DNA from: Phycisphaerae bacterium
GTDB lineage: Bacteria > Planctomycetota > Phycisphaerae > UBA1845
Assembly (NCBI GenBank): GCA_963666835.2
Contig: CAXXGO010000001.1
Span: 480,001 to 544,000 of the forward strand
Reading direction: 5' to 3'
DNA length: 64,000 bases
Each line of letters starts with the position of its first letter. The first letter of the stretch is position 1. Below are positions 60,061 through 64,000 of the stretch, piece after piece. The position numbers were made by a program, and so were the translations under genes. The notes beneath the pieces were generated by a model. That model worked only from the letters and a program-made list of their open reading frames with translations, made no database searches and was not told the DNA's origin.

Positions 60061-61923
60061 GCTGTCGGAGAGGCGATGATCGGAGCATGACCGGCGCCCG
60101 GGCGAGATGTGTGCCCAGTCAGTGTGCTGCATATGCTGCCCAAAACCGGCTGCACGGTCCAGATGAACGAATCTTGTTGTAACGCAAACATCTGCCAACA
60201 CTTGTGAGCTAAGTCGTCGACACTTCAGGACTGACGAAGCCGGACGACAGGGGCATCCGCCGATCAAGTCACAGTGGCCACACGACCAGAATCAGCGGAA
60301 CCCCGACGGCCACGATGATCGCCTCCAGCGGCAGGCCCAGCCGCCAGTAATCGCCGAACTGATACCCGCCCGGTCCCATCACGAGTGTGTTCGATTGATG
60401 GCCGATCGGCGTGAGAAACGCGCACGAGCCGCCCAGCGCCACGGCCATCAGGAACGGATCGCTCGAGACCTGAAACCCGTGCGCGATCTTGACGGCGATT
60501 GGGGCCATCAGCACCACAGCCGCGGCGTTGTTCACGACGTCGGACAGGAACATGGTGCAGATCAGGGTCAGCGTCAGGATCAGCACGGGGGAGCCGTCCG
60601 CAGACAGGCGGAGGAGTCCATCCGCCACGGCCGTGGCCGCCCCACTGGTTTCCAGCGATTCTCCCACGGGCAGCATGGCTCCGATCAGGACGATGATGGG
60701 CCAGTCTACTTGTTCGTAGAGGTCCTTGACGGACACCAGCCCGACGAGAACGAGGACAAGCGCCGCCGATCCGAGGGCAATCTGCACGGGCAGCCAACCA
60801 ACGGCGGTTACCAGCAGCGCGGCCGCGAAAATCCCCACCGCCAGCAAAATCCGTTTGGGCTGCCCGATGCGCAGGTCGCGCTGCGCCAGCGGAAGCCATC
60901 CGAGCGAATCGAGGGCCTCCTGCAAGCTCTCATCGTGAACCTGGATCAGCACGACGTCGCCGGCGCGTGGCTTCAGATCACTGAGGCGTTTGCGAATGGA
61001 CGAACCCTGACGCGCCACCGCCAGCACGTTGAGCCCGTAGCGCCGTCCGAGCCCCAGGCTGCGGATGGTCCGGCCTACAGCGCGCGAGTTCGGCGTGACC
61101 ACGGCCTCGAGGATGCTGACCTCCTTCGAGCGAAGGTCCTTGTCGCTGTATTCGTAGCTTCCGACGACTTCGAGTCCCGCGGCTTCGGAGAGGGATTGCA
61201 ATCCGTCGGGATCGGCCTGGACGATCAGAATGTCATCCTGCCGGATCGTTTCCCATCGTGCGGGCGCGGGCATACGCCGCTTCCCGCGGACCAGAGCCGC
61301 GACCAAAACGTCTTCGTCGACGATCCTGTCGACGTCGGCGATGGCCTGGTTGATGACCTTTGAGTCCTCATTGACGCGAAGCTCGGCGATGTACTCCTCG
61401 ATGTGGAACAGTTCCTCGCGGGATGCCTGACCCTTGCGGTGGGGAATCAGCCGCCAGCCGCCCAGGACGATGAACAGGATGCCCGCGGCAGCCACGCCTC
61501 CGCCCACCGGCGCGAAGTCAAACATACGGAACGGCTCGCCGCCGTTGTCACCGCGGAAGGTGGCGATGATAATGTTCGGCGGAGTGCCGATCAGCGTGAT
61601 CAGTCCGCCCAGCAGCGATCCGAACGCCAGCGGCATCAGCAGCATCGACGGCGGCCGACCGGACGAACGTGCCATGTGAACGGCCACCGGCATCAGAATC
61701 GCCAGCGCCCCCACGTTGTTCATAAACGCCGAGCAGAAAGTCACCAGCAGGGTCAGCCCGGCGATCTGGAGCGTGGGGCGATCGCCCAGCACCGTCATGG
61801 CCGCGGCGATCCGGTCCACGGCACCGGAGTTCTGAAGTGCGCGACTGACGACGAGGACGGCAGCGACGGTGATGACGGCCGGGTGTCCGAATCCAAGAAA
61901 CGCTTCGTCGGCGGGCACGACGC

Positions 61924-63460
61924 CAATAATGTCCGGAACCCGTTGATTTCACGGCGGATCCGGGCTCGCTGGCGTGAGCCGCGAGCTGAGGCGGTGCGCG
62001 GGCGGCGCAGGCCCCGTGGAGCGACGGGCGCAAGCTGCCTTACTCGGCGCATACCGATAGCCGCGCTGGTCGGGCTGCGGACCGGCGCGGAACGCTACTT
62101 CCTGTTTTTTTCGCGTTGCCGTTCGGCGGCGCGGCGGCGTTCACGACGCCGTCGCTCAGCAATCTCGAACGATCCTTGCCGCGGCATTAACCCGGAAACT
62201 ACGGCTGAGACAATCACAAAGTCGTATTTCGATGGCCGCGAGCCAGTCTCGACCGCGATCAGCAGCAACGCCACCATCATCACGTAGACCTGCACGGTCA
62301 TCCCGGATTCGTCTTCCGAGAAGAAATGCTGGAAACTCGCAGAACTCTTCAGCCATCGGAAGAACAGCTCTACTTGCCACCGGTGCTGGTAGATCAGCGC
62401 GATCATCCAGGCCGGGATGTCCAACAAGTCCGTAAGCAAACGCATCCGCTTCTGTTTACCTTCGCGGTCGGTGAACTCGACCACTACCTCACGTAAACGC
62501 GGTAAGTCGTGCGCCTCGGGATCAACGCCCAAGGTAACCTCGGTGTCGATCGCAACACCTGCGGCCACATCCTCATCGCTGAGCGGTTTGACCCTTACGG
62601 AATTGGTATGCACGTTCTTACGCAAACGCACGACGAAGGAACTCTTGACCTTAATGATTTCCTCGAGGAGGCCATACGATTGAAAACCGCGGTCCATGAC
62701 GTACAGGCAATCGGGCTCAAGATGCGTTCCGAGCACCTTGGCTTCACGCATCTGTCCATCCGTGACCGTGCAACATTCGGGAACGCCCTTGAGGACATCG
62801 AAATCGACGTGCACGCGGATCTGGCCCTTACGGACCCCCTTCTTCTCGGATTGGTTGTACAACGCCCAGGCGATTCGCGGAGCCACCGCGAAGAAGGTGC
62901 CGTCGACGGCCAGGAGCTTCTGTGTCAGGCTATCCAGGCGGTTGTCATGTGGTTGGATGTCGGCACGCTCCACAAGCGAGTCGATCAACGGCAGCAGTAG
63001 GGCCGGGTCGAAGACCTTCTGGGCGTCGGAGACTGTGCTCTTGGGCATCCGAGGGATTCCATACCGCTTTCGAATCCGAGGATGTTCGAAGAGATCCTCG
63101 ATGCTGCGCAGGCCTGTAACCGACGGGTTGAAGAAGGCCAACAGGTGAGCCACCACCAGTTGATCGTAGAACACGTCCCGGTTGGCGTGGGCCGGCTGGT
63201 CATGGAGGTGTTCGAGGTAGTCTTCGATCAATCGTGTGTAGCGGATTCCGATCAAATCGGGCGGCAACTTGGCCCGGCGCGCACGCCTTTTGCGCTTCTC
63301 CTCTGCTTTCTGGGCTTTCTTTCGCCTGCGCGTCATCGTGCCCAGAGTAGAGCACAAAGTGAGGCTGGGCGCAAGTTTGGTTTATGTTAGGTTGGCTGCA
63401 CGCCTTCTGAGGGCCCGCGCCCACCGCCCCGAACTCCCCCGAGAATCCCGGACACTATTG
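61924..63460 (-). mobile_element. IS4-family insertion sequence (1537 bp)
   Basis: Terminal IRs CAATAATGTCCGG / CCGGACACTATTG; direct repeat GCACGACGC at 61915-61923 and 63461-63469 (11 bp if the terminal C/G belong to the target). Confidence 0.93.
62095..63336 (-). CDS. IS4-family DDE transposase
   Basis: AVDGT, MDRGF and YQHRWQVELFFRWLK (YREK) motifs. Confidence 0.93.
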   Translation of the reverse strand: MTRRRKKAQKAEEKRKRRARRAKLPPDLIGIRYTRLIEDYLEHLHDQPAHANRDVFYDQLVVAHLLAFFNPSVTGLRSIEDLFEHPRIRKRYGIPRMPKSTVSDAQKVFDPALLLPLIDSLVERADIQPHDNRLDSLTQKLLAVDGTFFAVAPRIAWALYNQSEKKGVRKGQIRVHVDFDVLKGVPECCTVTDGQMREAKVLGTHLEPDCLYVMDRGFQSYGLLEEIIKVKSSFVVRLRKNVHTNSVRVKPLSDEDVAAGVAIDTEVTLGVDPEAHDLPRLREVVVEFTDREGKQKRMRLLTDLLDIPAWMIALIYQHRWQVELFFRWLKSSASFQHFFSEDESGMTVQVYVMMVALLLIAVETGSRPSKYDFVIVSAVVSGLMPRQGSFEIAERRRRERRRAAERQREKNRK

Positions 63461-64000
63461 GCACGACGCCCGCGATGCAGAGAGTCAGCAGCGCCCCCAG
63501 CGCCACCAGGTCGTATCGCCAGTAATTGCAGATGAACAGGACGAGCGTCACACCAGAACGCTCGTGACAATCAATTGGTCAGCCATGCGCGGAATTGTAC
63601 AGAGTCAGCTGGGGTTCGGCCATTCCGCGCTTCGGCACACCGGCTGGCCATCGACGTTTCCTCCATCCGAATTTGAGGAGCAGGAAGTACGGACCGGCAC
63701 CGCTACAGAACCAGCAAACGACCTCCGCGACCGATGCTTGTATAGCCGTGGAGACGCTCATCTAATACTGACGGGGCTGCGAGCGGACGAGTATGACCGA
63801 CCCGGTAGCCCAACAAGAATGTAGGGGTACGTCCGGTGGCCGAATACGGCGGCTAAATACGCAACATCCTGCATAATGCAATACATTGCGAAGGTGATGA
63901 ATGGCTCAGAGGCGCGCGATTCTCAACAAGAAGAAAGCCACGCAGAAGATCCGGAAGATCACCAACGCGATGGCCATAATCGCAAGTGGAAGACTGCAGA

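Larger units (their letters stand above)
60269..63586 (-). pseudogene. SLC13/CitM-type permease with two TrkA-C (RCK_C) domains, interrupted by an IS4 element and frameshifted near the start
   Basis: Main body 60269-61923 (AFMNN, GTPPN, TPIGHQSN). The N-terminus MADQLIVTSVL/GVTLVLFICNYWRYDLVALGALLTLCIAGVVP lies at 63461-63586 and joins in frame across the target duplication. Confidence 0.88.

Noticed and set aside
63590..64000. Possible membrane-protein C-terminus on the minus strand at the right edge
   Set aside because: Short, interrupted hydrophobic frames; no family can be assigned from what is visible.

Overview
GC-rich bacterial window, most likely Planctomycetota (Phycisphaerae-like, inferred from IPTL-CTERM sorting motifs, dockerin-like surface proteins and DUF2294 paralogs). 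Almost all of it looks accessory. The left part (1-34.4 kb) carries a family of large modular secreted proteins. Two of them have FGE-sulfatase/CLec-fold domains with DGR-like variable ends and flank a diversity-generating-retroelement avd gene that has lost its TR/RT and is fused to a surface-protein tail. This part also holds a complete type I-G (I-U) CRISPR-Cas locus (26 repeats, 25 spacers) and a 202-bp MITE. At 34384-34412 a tmRNA 3'-end fragment (att core) is followed by a tyrosine integrase, two excisionase-like HTH genes, a 5'-truncated class II ribonucleotide reductase and a WD40 protein. The right part (41.8-64 kb) is a stress/ion-homeostasis cluster: 2x Hsp20, SPFH, HflK/HflC, a GT4 fusion, MgtE, a nhaA remnant and an SLC13 permease split by an IS4 element. 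The strongest candidate for an undescribed system is a ~105-nt structured RNA leader present three times. It combines a conserved aptamer-like fold with a mutually exclusive intrinsic terminator and is tightly linked to two DUF2294/MpsC genes. All family assignments come from recognising motifs by eye; no database searches were run.
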